Shown: positions 12,601 through 22,599, counted from the stretch's first letter. The stretch is DNA of 64,000 bases from Antechinus flavipes (GCF_016432865.1 NC_067401.1:868001-932000), one strand, 5' to 3'. Translations and numbers: made by a program. Notes: generated by a model not told the origin, from the sequence alone.

Positions 12601-15600
12601 GGTGCTGGACATAGAGATCTGAGCATCATCTCATAGAAGCGGTAATTAAGCCCCTCAAGAGAGAGCCAGACTAGACCCTGGGGAATCCCTCTTGGAGGGG
12701 GAGGGGAGGGTGCCCCGTCACTCAGTCAGCCAGCCAGCATTAATTAAGCACCTACTGTACACCTGGCGTGCTAAGGAAGCCAGTCCCTGCCCTCCCCCAG
12801 ATGGCAAGCCAATAGATGTTAAATCCAACATGTGCAAACATTTGTACGATTCTCTTGCTGCACAAAAGAAATCAGATCAAGAAAGAAAAGAAAAGAAATG
12901 AGTAAGAAAACGAAATGCAAGCGAACGACAACCGAGGGAGGGCGAGTGCTGTGTGCGATCCACACGAGTTCCCACCGGCCTCTCCGGGTGAGGGTGGCTC
13001 TCTCCATCACGAGGTCACTGGCCTCCATCACCTCATCACTGCAGAGCGCCACGTCCGCCAGACCCGTCCTCGCCCCTGGTCCTGCTCCCTTCCCTCAGCA
13101 CCAGCTCCGACACAGAACGCGAGTGTCCCGTCACATTCACAGACCACAGCTGGTCCAGCTGCTCAGTTCCTGCCACTACGAAAACGGCCCCACAGACCCT
13201 TGTGCGCGCCTGGGTCCCTCTCCCTCCCGCAGGCCCTCTGGGATGCAGGCCCCGGAGGAACACGCTGGCCAAGGGCACGCAGTGGGAGAGCCCCCCGGGC
13301 AGGGCCGCTCTCAGGACGGCTGGATCTGCTCACATCCCACCAACAATGGAGCAGTGTCAAGGGGCTTATATTCCAATGGGAGACGAGCGGCAAACATTAC
13401 CGGGAATCACGGCGGGGACGGCCCCCAGGAGGATGGGGGGGGCTAGGTGGGATGTAAAGGAAGCCAGGGAGCTCAGCAGGTGACAAGCAAGAGGAGGGAG
13501 AGCATCAGGGGGCGGCCAGAGCTGAGAGATGGAGGGGTTTGGGGGAGGACCGGCCAGGAGGCCACGCGCTGTCAGAGTCCTGGAGAGGCAGGAAGCGGCG
13601 CTGGGAGAAAGGCTGCCGAGGTGGACCTGACAGGACCGAGGAGTCCCAGACGGCACTGTGGGTGGGGGTTCCCTCCAAAGGAAAAGGCCCGGGGGGAGGG
13701 GAGGGACGGAAGGGTTTGGGAGAGCCCGAGCTCGGTTGGGGAAGGCGCCGCTTCAGATGCCACCGGACAGCCGGCAGGGAGACTCTGGGGCAGGGAAGGC
13801 GGCTTTGAGGGTCATCCAGACAGACGGTCACTGCCACCCCTGAGCTGGCGGGATGCCCGATGTTGGGGAGGAGGCGGCCAAGACGGACAGCAGCGGGGCC
13901 CTCAGTGGGCAGAGCCGGCCCAGCAGCGCCTCCCCAGAACCTTCTGGGGGGGCCCGTGTGCAGAAGAACTGCAGAGAAAACCGGGTGGAAAGCTGTTTTC
14001 AGAGGGAATTGGGAAAAGAGCAAAAGCATCTGCGGGTGGGTCTGGGCCGCCCCACGGACCCCACTCCCGAGGCCTCGGGGGCAAGCGCACCTGGCCAAGC
14101 CTTCATCGCTCCACGGAGGCCCCCTCTCAGCGGCCGGGTAAGGGTTCACTACTGGAGAGAGACAGAGTGGGCGGCAGCGGGCGAATTACGGCCAGACCGC
14201 ACGGCACCCAGAGGGCGGCGGCCCCAGCTCCCTTCTCCCGCCCTCCTTCGCTGACTTGAAGGAGGCTTAAGTGGGACTCGGGGCTGCTCTCGGGCGGGCA
14301 GCTGTCCTGCCCTCGGTCCAGGGGCGCGCTCTGCGGGCTTGATGGCCACGCACGAGCGCCACGACGGACACCCTCCGTGCCCACTCTGCCAAAGGGCAGC
14401 GGGGAGTCCTGGGCTTTCTCCCCGGGGATGGGCCCAGGTGTGGGGGGCTCCTGACATCTCAGCAAGCAGACGGTGACCCTGCAGCTCTCCCATGAAGATC
14501 CGGCCGGGGGCCCAGGAATGCACAGCCCCCAGAGGGGGAAGGCCAGAGGTGGCAGAGGGTACCTGGGTCTCAGGAGCTCAGGCTCGATCCCACAGCACCC
14601 CCTGCTGGCCAAGCACAGATTGCCAGCAAACTCTCCACCCCGGCTCTAAGACATTGGGGTCTTTCAGGGAAGCCCCCGGGGGTGGGTTTGGGGCCTGACC
14701 CCAGGAGGTCAGCATTAAATCAGCAATTCGAGAGAGTTGCTCCTGAGCTGGTGAAATGACCTGCTGACCGTTCGGGCCACCCATCCGGCCGGGCCTGCAG
14801 CTGGACTCCCAGAGCCCAACGGGTCGGGTCGGTGACCCCTCTGAGCAAAGACCAGCCCCAGGCGGGGCTCCCCTCGGCCGTGTGCCGGCGGTCTGGGCCT
14901 GCAGACACTCGGGACCCCCAGATTTCCTGAGGGCGGCCGCTCTCCCCAGTTCCGTGCTCGGCACGCAGGAGGCGATGGAGCTACCTGGAGCAGGGGAAGG
15001 CTCCCCTCCCGCCTGAATCAGGCAGATGTGCCGGGAGACCGAGGCAGGTGCAGGCCGAGGCTGAGCCCCCCAGGCCGGCTGCAGCCTCTGCCCCAACAAG
15101 AACAGCCACAAACCAGGGAGAGGGGGTCTCTTGGCCCACAGGTGTGGGCACGGGACAGGACGTGGGCCTCTGGCGGCCCCAAGCACAGGACCTCGGATCC
15201 GCGGGACCAGCCAGGGGTCTGGGCGGCCCCTGCTCGCCGATCAGAGGAAGGAGCCCGAGCCGCCGTCCTTGGGCTCTGGAGACCTGGCTGCCCGAGGGTC
15301 CCCCTGGATGGCAGAGGCCCGGCCCGTTCTCGATCAGACAGGGTCCAAAAGAAGGAGCTCTCCGAGGGCCCCTCGGGCTCCCAGCACTTCTGGTGCCCCC
15401 ACCGGCCTTGGCGTCTCTGCCACAGCTCTTGGAATTCAAAGGAGGTTCTCGGGGTCAGAGGACCCAAGATTCCACCGGCACGGAAAGTTTTCACACAAAT
15501 TTATTCTCTCTGGGTAAAGTTCTGAATATTAAAATTGTCCATTTTTAATTAAAAACAAAACAAAACCTGGAGTCAGGGAGACCAGCTGTGGGACTAAAAC

Positions 15601-17229
15601 CTCACCCGTCCCCAAACAAGCAGAGACACGTTTCCCTAAGTGTGAGAAGGGGGGAAATTGGGGCTAAGCAGGGGTTGTTCTGAAGACGATCCGAGGGTCC
15701 CCGTGGGCCGGTGTCTGGGAAGGGGATCTCCCCAAACACGGAGGTGACCATCCTCTTGTCTGAAGTGGCTCCTTTGGTTCCAGACACTCTCAGGCAAAAA
15801 GGAGCCGAAGTGCCCAAGAACCCAGACAAGTTGGATGCTGAGAAATGCCCCTGCTCCCTGGGCTTTATGGACCACCTACTGTGTGCTGGGCACGAAACCT
15901 CCCGGAGCCACTGGAGGCTTGGCTGCAGGGGGCAAGGGCTTCCTCCTTTCCCTGCACCAAGAAGGGCTGGGGGGGAGGGGAGGAACTGACTTGTTGCATC
16001 TCAGTTAGGGGCACCTTGGGCCGGGGAACCCCCTCTGCCACCATTCAGATGGCATTTCCTGCTTCTAGAATTACCAGAGAAGGTGCCTGGGCCCCACGGG
16101 TGCAGGAGCCCCTGTTTGGGGCCGTGATTAGGCCCCTCCCTTTGCCGGTCTTGCCCGCATCCTTCCCGGGGGCGGTTTCAGACTTCAATAACTGCCGGAG
16201 GGTTTCTCAGGGTCCCTCGGAAGCCCTCCGCCCCATCTCCCATCGGGAGACGCGGCCCCCACAGCCACGGGGCACTGAGGCCATCGGTTCCTCGGCCGTG
16301 GGCATCTCGAGGCCCGGGGTGGCCCCTCCCCCGTTTACCGCAGCACGGCAAACAGCAAGCGCTCTATTAATGCTTCTCCCCCCTCCGCCCCGCGGATGCT
16401 CGCACTCCCCTCCTCCGCCACTCCTGGGGGCTGCTAGGACATGCTCGCGGAGGTCGAGCTCGGGACCCCATGCAGGCTGGCCCGAGCCCAAACTGACCCT
16501 CTGGACCAGCGGAACACCCGGCTCCGCCTCGCCCACGCCCCTTCCTACAGACCCTGGCCCTGGGGAGGGAGCGAATCCTGCCAAAACCTCCTCACTGGGT
16601 CGTGCCCTGTCAGAGACCTCGGGCTTCCGAAGCAGGGGCACCTTGGGACCCCGCCCACATGCTGCTACGCCCCGCCCCCGGGGCCCGCCCACTCAGTACT
16701 CAGGCCTTTCCTTGTAGCCCCAAAGAGCAGGGTAGGAGGTATCTAATCAGTCACTGTCCTTCCGGGGCTGGAGCCAAAACTGACTAGACCAAAGCAAGGG
16801 TCTCACACCCCAGCCCCAGCCCTCTCGCCCTCGGGGCTGAGGAGAAGGGCGACCCCCTCCTCCCGGAGCGTCCGGACGCCGGGGGCTCCACTTCGCCTTC
16901 AGCTTCTGTTCAAGGGACACGGGGACTAATAGCATGAAGAGGTGCTCAGCGGCCTTGTTAGTCTGAGACTGGTGTAGACGGCCCCTGCCCTGCCCTGCCC
17001 CCCCTTCCAACATACTAAGGCTCCCGCCACAAGCCAGCCCATGTCCAGCCTCCGGGCCCTTGCCCAGGCCGTGCTGCCCGCGCAGACGCAGAGGGGCGGG
17101 AATCGCACCGCCTGCGCAGGCGCACTATCCTCATCCCCGGCAGACTAGCCAGAGCCTATTTCCCCGCCCGGCCCGGCCGTACTCACGTTTGTACTCGGCC
17201 ATAAGCCGCTTGAGCGCCGTTCCCGCCAT
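539..17229 (-). CDS. UBE2G2: Ubiquitin-conjugating enzyme E2 G2 (ERAD E2), spliced gene span; last coding exon lies outside the window
   Basis: Exons 17229-17187, 12228-12193, 12098-12053, 3198-3080, 679-539 join in phase to [128 protein letters not shown], the UBE2G2 sequence as I recall it; all introns GT-AG. Confidence 0.98.
1371..1436 (-). other. UBE2G2: Candidate poison (premature-stop) cassette exon of UBE2G2
   Basis: Acceptor CTCTTCTCGTTCGTTTTTGTCCTAG|, donor GCT|GTAAGT; 66 nt; in the phase of exon 4 it reads [10 protein letters not shown] then TGA (1407-1405). Confidence 0.6.
2166..2298. other. Assembly gap (N run)
   Basis: Run of N in UBE2G2 intron 4. Confidence 0.99.
3080..3198 (-). 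CDS. UBE2G2: UBE2G2 coding exon 4 (119 nt)
   Basis: CTGCAG|GGGCCC acceptor, AACA|GTAAGT donor; [39 protein letters not shown]. Confidence 0.97.
9241..9253 (+). promoter_or_regulatory. YY1 consensus site (AAAGATGGCGGCC)
   Basis: Exact match to the YY1 consensus AAGATGGCGGC, 25 bp from the 3' end of the solo LTR. Confidence 0.4.
9278..9664 (-). mobile_element. Probable ERV solo LTR (~387 bp), sense to UBE2G2, in intron 3
   Basis: Minus strand starts TGTGG and ends GCTACA; TATAAAAG at 9525-9518; 3' end CTGCTCCCGGAGAACGATTATATTTTAGAG resembles marsupial LTRs from memory; no target-site duplication and no primer-binding site seen. Confidence 0.55.
12053..12098 (-). CDS. UBE2G2: UBE2G2 coding exon 3 (46 nt)
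   Basis: TTGCAG|GGCCC acceptor, TCAT|GTGAGT donor; [16 protein letters not shown]. Confidence 0.97.
12193..12228 (-). CDS. UBE2G2: UBE2G2 coding exon 2 (36 nt)
   Basis: TTTTTGTAG|AACTG acceptor, GCAG|GTAAGA donor; [12 protein letters not shown]. Confidence 0.97.
12530..12780. mobile_element. Short L2/MIR-type ancient repeat fragments
   Basis: GCACAGCCTGGCACACAGAGGGCGTCTGATAAATGCT (~12545-12590) and CATTAATTAAGCACCTACTGTAC (~12738-12760) resemble L2 3' termini. Confidence 0.45.
12780..13375 (-). mobile_element. LINE-1 3' fragment (ORF2 C-terminus and 3'UTR), heavily decayed
   Basis: Minus translation [10 protein letters not shown]...[12 protein letters not shown]...[11 protein letters not shown] resembles L1 ORF2 C-terminus (MFVAALFVVARNW...LNKLWYMNVMEY...ELMLSEMSRTR). 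Confidence 0.7.
17113..17124. promoter_or_regulatory. NRF1-type site TGCGCAGGCGCA at the start of UBE2G2 intron 1
   Basis: Match to the TGCGCANGCGCA palindrome; a second site ACGCATGCGC lies at ~17418-17428. Confidence 0.45.
17187..17229 (-). CDS. UBE2G2: UBE2G2 coding exon 1 (43 nt coding)
   Basis: AGGATGGCG start context; [14 protein letters not shown]; donor AAAC|GTGAGT. Confidence 0.97.
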
Positions 17230-17620
17230 CCTGGCCCGACAGCCGCCGCTCTCTCTACCTCCTCCTCCTCCAGCTGCGCCGGCCCTGCCGGCCCGCCGCC
17301 GACAGCTTCCGAGTCGACGCGGCCCCGCCCCAACCTCTTCCGGGTTTACGTCATCGCATCATATTCACGTGGGCGAGCGCGTCCCCACCCAGACGCTGCG
17401 CCGTCGACCTAGAGCTTACGCATGCGCAGAAAGAGGGCGCTATAGCTACAGGGAGGTGAGGAACCCGGCAGAAAGAGGGCGTGGCGCCTAGTTTAGCGTA
17501 AGGGAGCCGCTCAAATTCGAGGCGCCCCCTAGTGTCCCAGGCAGCAGCTGCATAGGAAAGCGTAAGTGATTGGCTCAGTGGCCACGTGGCACGACGTTTC
17601 CAGGGGAGGGCCCTGGGCGG
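17230..17620 (-). promoter_or_regulatory. UBE2G2: UBE2G2 CpG-rich promoter and 5'UTR
   Basis: Dense CpG; ETS CTTCCGG (~17338), CRE-like TTACGTCA (~17347), CACGTG (~17366), CTCF-like GCGCCCCCTAGTGT (17522-17535), ATTGG (17569), palindrome GCCACGTGGC (17581-17590). Confidence 0.75.
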
Positions 17621-18743
17621 GGTCACACTCTTGTCAGTGACTTCAGCCGCCAAGCTAAAACCCCAAGGGCCTGCCCGGAGCCCCTGCCCCGCCCCCCACC
17701 AGCCGGGCCAGCCCGAGTTCAGTGAGCCTCCTACCCGGGGGAGAAGAGCCCGGGCCAGACAGGGCCAGTCCGGGAGCCAAGACCCATGTTGGGGCTGCAG
17801 GGGCATTCCCCTCCACAGGGGGGCCCCCAGACACAGCAGGATGGGCCTCCTCGGGGAACCTCCCAGTCCCCCAAGCTGCCCTGACTGCCCTGCTGGCCTT
17901 AGGTCAGGAGCCCCCGGGGCCAGAGGGGGGAAGGGCCCTTCATCTCCCTGGCTTCCCTTCCCAAGGCCCAGTCCCCCGGCCTCGGCTTCTGCAGGGGGAG
18001 CTGGGGGTCGCCCTCCCAAGCCCGATCTGGCGGGGGAGAATACAACGGCGGAACACAAGCCAAGAGCCAGAGTACCAAACTATATTTACTGTGTACAGTA
18101 GTAAAGGACAACAAAGGACGTACAAATCAGAAGAGACAGGCCCGAGCCACAGACGCAGAGTGCCCACGGAAAGCCCCCTTAGCAGGCAGGGTCACACAGC
18201 AGAGACGCCTCGAGATGGGAACGGCCCCCAGGGCCCGCTGGGGCGCCCACGACCCCCCAGGGTCCCCAAGCAGGGCGCTGGGCAGCTGGGGGCAGGGGGG
18301 CGGCCCGCGCGCCCGGGCAGGGCCCCGGCCTCCTCCCAGGAGCCGATGGATCAGCGATTTGCCATGATCGGGCTGATGGCCACCCGCCGCCCCCCCCCTC
18401 CCCCCCTGCCATGACTAGACTGGAGTATTTACATGATTAGACGATTCAGCCCAGAAAGCATCCCAAGCGCGGGGGCCGGCACCCGGGCCCCCAAAGCAAA
18501 GGGGGGAGAGAAGGAAGGAAAGTGAAGACAAACAAGCAAGAATCTTTTACTTCAGCAAAGAGAACATTCCACATGGGCCCAATTAGAGGTGTGGTGGCGT
18601 CCCCGCGAGGGTCGTCACGAGTCACGAGGACGACACCCGCTGAGTCAGAGAGAGCCAAGTTTGGATCCGGGTCCTCCGCAGGGGCGGAAGGATCCCACAA
18701 TTCCCGAGGAAGGGCCGGGAGGGCCCGGCCCCGGCCCCGGCGC

Positions 18744-18806
18744 CTACCACGCTCCCCCCGTCTGCTGCTGGAACACGTCAATCGTGTCTTCGTCCTCCAT
18801 CTCCAG
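18744..18806 (-). CDS. SUMO3: SUMO3 coding exon 4 (diglycine motif, tail AW, TAG)
   Basis: GAGCAG|CTGGAG acceptor; [20 protein letters not shown]. Confidence 0.96.
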   Translation of the reverse strand: MEMEDEDTIDVFQQQTGGAW

Positions 18807-21800
18807 CTGCTCGGGCACAAAAGAAAGGCGGCTCAGCGGCCGGGCTCCCCCCCCCCCCCCCGCCCGCCGGGCAGGGGGCCTAGGGATGGGCCCCAGCAGA
18901 CAAAAGGCAGGAGATGGCGAGGGGCAAGCCCAGGCAGAGGGAGGCTTCCTGACTGACAGGGGGCCCCTCCCGGGGCCAGCCCAAGGGGCAGAAGCCCATG
19001 GTGGGCAAGGGGCCGGGCTCCTACCTGTGCAGGGGTGTCCGTCTCATTGATTGGTTGTCCATCAAATCGGAACCGAATCTGTCTCATTGACAAGCCCTGA
19101 AATGTAAACCGCCGCCGTGAGGACAGGCTGAGGGGGCCGCCCAGGACCGGGCAGCCCAGACAGACCCTCCTGCCCAGGGTGACGAGGCGGCCTCTCGCTG
19201 GCGCTCCTTTCCCCGGGCCGGACGCCCCCATCGCCAGCCTGACATCCCCCCCAGACCCAACCTTCTTCGGCAAGCTCGGCCCAGGCCGCCCTCCTTGGAG
19301 GATCCCCATCTGCCAGGGAGGGGCCCTGTGCCCTTGGCCGTGACCTTTCTCCAGAAGGGATGTCCAGGTCACCATGGTGGGGAGCCAAGGCCAGCCATCT
19401 CCTGCCTCTCGCAACCCCTTCCCTGGGGCCCCTCGGGCCCATCTCTGTTCATGACAAGGGGGCAGCCCCCAGGAGGGCCCCGGGCCCTTGCAGGGAAAGC
19501 GGCTTTCCCCTACACTGCTTCTGCCTGGGGCAGGGGGCGGGGTCACAGCCCAGCAGGAATCTGGCTCACGACTCAACTCCTTTTTTCCTGAAAACCCAGA
19601 TGGGAATTTTTTGGCAAAACTCTACTCTGAGTGCCTGTGGAGCGAGGGGCAAACCGGGACTTCCTGGAAACGCTTTTGGCTCTGGAAAGGAAGGGGCTGA
19701 GCAGCCAGGCTGGCTTCCCCTCTAATGGAAACCAGATCCTCCCGGGGGAGGTCGGGCCGCCCTCCGCAGCCCCTTCCCCCCTCCCTCTCTCCTGCAGGGT
19801 CCCGCTCCGTCCTAGGGCCGGGCCCGGGGCCTCGTGGCCCCCGAGCCGCGGGACGCTCTTGGGGAAGAAGCTCCCAGCGGTCTCCCTCCTGGCTGGCTGG
19901 GGGTGGGGAGGGCCCCTGGCCGGGCCCATGGCAGCGTGGGGCCGCCCCCGTACCTGTCTCTCACAATAGGCCTTCATTAATTTGTTCAGAGGAGTGTGCC
20001 GCTTAATTTTGAACTGGACCACTGACCCATCCTGCCCGGCTACCTTCAGGTTGATGTGATCGTTCTCAGTTTTCACACCTTCCTGTGGAGAGAAAGCGGA
20101 AAAGCACCGTCTCCAAGAATTCCTCCTGTGCGCCCGAGGGGGCCAGGACGCCCGCCTGCAAAGACTTCCAGAAGTCCGGGCCCCTCTCCCTCTCGTGCCC
20201 CCCCCCACCCCTCCTGAGCTTTCCCGTCTCCCCCATGACTTTGCCCTCCCCCGCCTTCGTCTGCAGGAAGCTTTTGCTGATCTCTCCCGGACCCGCCTGC
20301 TGGGACCCTCCTCCCCAAATTCAGGGGGCGCAGACTTATGGCCCGTCCGAGGTTCGGGCATTTTCCCAACATGGCCTCCCCAGATAGTTACAACCCCCCT
20401 GAGGCAGCTGGGCTGACAGAGGGGGAAACTGAGGCAGGCGGCCCTTCCGTGATCCGCTCCGAATCCTACAATTAGAGTCTGAACTTCAGACTTCCTGACC
20501 CTGGACTCCAGGGACACACGGAAGAGATGGGGGCAAATGCAGGGCAAACCTCAGGCTGCTCCGGGGGGGTGGGTTCTCCCTTCCCAGAGGCCCCCCAGGT
20601 CTTTCCAAGGGTCCCATGGGGAAAGGAAGCCCCCCCACACCCACAAAAAGGCAGGTGATGGAGCAGGGAGAGGCAGAAGCCCCGCCCCCAGCCTTCCCCC
20701 ATCCACTTTTGGCCTGAAGCCTGCTGGGAGTCCCTCGGCGAGCCGTCTCAGCAGCTGCCCACCAAATAAAGGCGAGGGGGAGGCCCCGGGTTCCACCAGG
20801 AGCACGTCCCCGACGGGGCCCAGGAGACAGCCCCAAGGCCGCCCCCCCGCTCCCGGGGGGCCAGGAGCCCGGCCGAGGGCAGAAGTGGAGACAAACTCGG
20901 GCTCTCTGGAAGCCAACCGAAGAAACCAGGCGGAGACGGCTCTGTGGCCCTCGCTGCCGAGGAGCAGAAGCCCCGGGAGAAGGGGCCGAGGACGGCCGCT
21001 CGGGGCGCGCGCCAACAGTGACCCATCTGCCCTTGGCACCCAGGCAGGAATCCAGGCCCGGCCGAGGGGCTTCCGGCCTTCAGGGTCTTCGTGGGCCCGG
21101 CCAGCACCAGGTCCTCAATGACGGCTTCCGGGCTCCCCCATTCTCCAACAGAAGATGCCCCCTGGCTCCCATGAGCCCCGCACCCCCGGCGGGTGCCGGG
21201 GTCGCAGCCTCTCCTTTCAGGGTCCAGAGGAAAAAATGATAAAGCGTCTACCAGGCACCAAGACAAAAGCGGCCGGCCTCTGCCCTCGGGGAGCCGGAGG
21301 AGGGGCCCCGGAAGCAGAGCTGAGGAGCCACCGAGCCGGCCCCCCAAAAGCAGAGGGGGACCCCGGGGGGCCGGACAGGGAGAGGACCGAGGCTAGTCTC
21401 CCAGTGAGGAGGCTCAGAAGCGGGGCTGGAGGGCACAGGAAGCACCCCTTTCCCCCAAAGCTCTCGGGGTGTCCCGGCAGCGCAAGGCGCGAGTCCTTCA
21501 AAAAAGAATGACCTCCCACTGGCTCCCGTTCCCAGGGGCCAAGGGACCCCAGGCCAACCCCTCTGGGGGCCCCCTACTAACAGTAACTCCGAGGATGCTC
21601 CTGGGGGGCAGCCCTGCCCTGGGGTCTCGGGAGCCACCGGAGTTGGGGAGCCGGGGCTCCCCGGAAAAGCTGCACAGACCAAGGCCTCGACCTCTCCCTC
21701 GATGGGGGCCCTGCCAACAAGCAACGGGCCACGGCAGCCCCGGGTCCCGGCCCTGCACCCCATCATCTGGCCTCGGGAAGCGGCCCTCGCGCCCAGGACA

Positions 21801-22598
21801 AGGGCACATGGAGCCCCCCGGCCCCGCACTCTCCCCAGCAGCGCCCTGCGGCGGGGGCTCCTGGGAGACGGGGAGGGAGGCCGTCGGGGGGGCCTTTGTC
21901 AGGCGCCTGCAGCCTCCAAGTGGACAAGAGACCAGGAGCAGAGGAGGGAGGGGGATGAAGAGGGAGAGGAAGAGGGAGGGGGAGGAGGAGATGGAGAAGA
22001 TGGAGGAGATGGAGGAGGAGGTGGAGGGAGGGGGAGGAGGAGGAAAAGGGGGAGGGAGGAGGATGAGATGGAGAGGGAGGAGGATGATTAGGAAAGGGAG
22101 GAGGATGAGCAGGAGAGGGAGAAAGAGAAGAGGGAGGAGGAAAAGGAGGTAGAGGGGGAGGAGATGGAAGAGATCAGGAGAGAAAGGAGAAGGGAGTGGA
22201 AGGGAGGAGGAAGAGGAGCACCACAAGGAACACGGAGAAGATGAGCAAACAGAGAGAACAGAGGGGGAGGGGAGGGGGGGAGGGGCAAGAAAGGAGAAAG
22301 AGGGAAGGGGAAGAAGGCTGGGGGGGAGGAGGAGGAGAAAAAGGATGGAAAGGGGGAGGGGGAAGAATAGGAGGGGGAGGGGAAGGATGAGAAAGAAGGG
22401 GAGGGGCAGGAGAGGAGAGGAGGGGCGGATTCGAGGAGGGGTAGGGGAGGATGGGGGGCCCCCCCAGGCGACCGGAGGAGGCCCAGCGGCCTGCGGGCGG
22501 CAGAGGCGGGCCGGCAGGCCCCAAGCCCCGGGGCCTCCCGGCCAGCCACGACCCCCGCGCCCATCCCACCCTCGCACCTTGGGCTTCTCCTCGGACAT
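18744..22598 (-). CDS. SUMO3: Small ubiquitin-like modifier 3 precursor, 94 aa, spliced gene span
   Basis: Exons 22598-22578, 20082-19954, 19096-19025, 18806-18744 give [94 protein letters not shown]; MSEEKPK N-terminus and position next to UBE2G2 identify SUMO3 rather than SUMO2. Confidence 0.97.
19025..19096 (-). CDS. SUMO3: SUMO3 coding exon 3 (72 nt)
   Basis: TTTCAG|GGCTTG acceptor, CAG|GTAGGA donor; [24 protein letters not shown]. Confidence 0.97.
19954..20082 (-). CDS. SUMO3: SUMO3 coding exon 2 (129 nt; VKTE chain-forming Lys11)
   Basis: CCACAG|GAAGGT acceptor, CAG|GTACGG donor; [43 protein letters not shown]. Confidence 0.97.
21935..22450. repeat. GA-rich low-complexity purine tract in SUMO3 intron 1
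   Basis: About 500 bp made almost entirely of G and A on the plus strand. Confidence 0.9.
22578..22598 (-). CDS. SUMO3: SUMO3 coding exon 1 (21 nt coding)
   Basis: GCCATGTCC Kozak context; MSEEKPK; donor AAG|GTGCGA. Confidence 0.95.
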
Positions 22599-22599
22599 G

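Noticed and set aside
14741-14760. Hammerhead ribozyme core (CTGA...GAAA) in the hairpin
   Set aside because: CUGAGCU does not match CUGANGA and there is no stem II before GAAA
14700-14775. snoRNA, SECIS or pre-miRNA reading of the hairpin
   Set aside because: No C box, no H/ACA boxes, no AUGA/GA quartet, and internal loops too large for a pre-miRNA
17569-17590. Canonical ERSE or ERSE-II
   Set aside because: Spacing and orientation (ATTGG-N8-CCACG) fit neither consensus; kept only as a variant candidate
19573-20547. 324-codon ORF as an extended SUMO3 isoform
   Set aside because: Only exon 2 is SUMO-like; the flanks are GC-rich intron, intron 2 (857 nt) is not a multiple of three, and I found no convincing in-frame alternative donor
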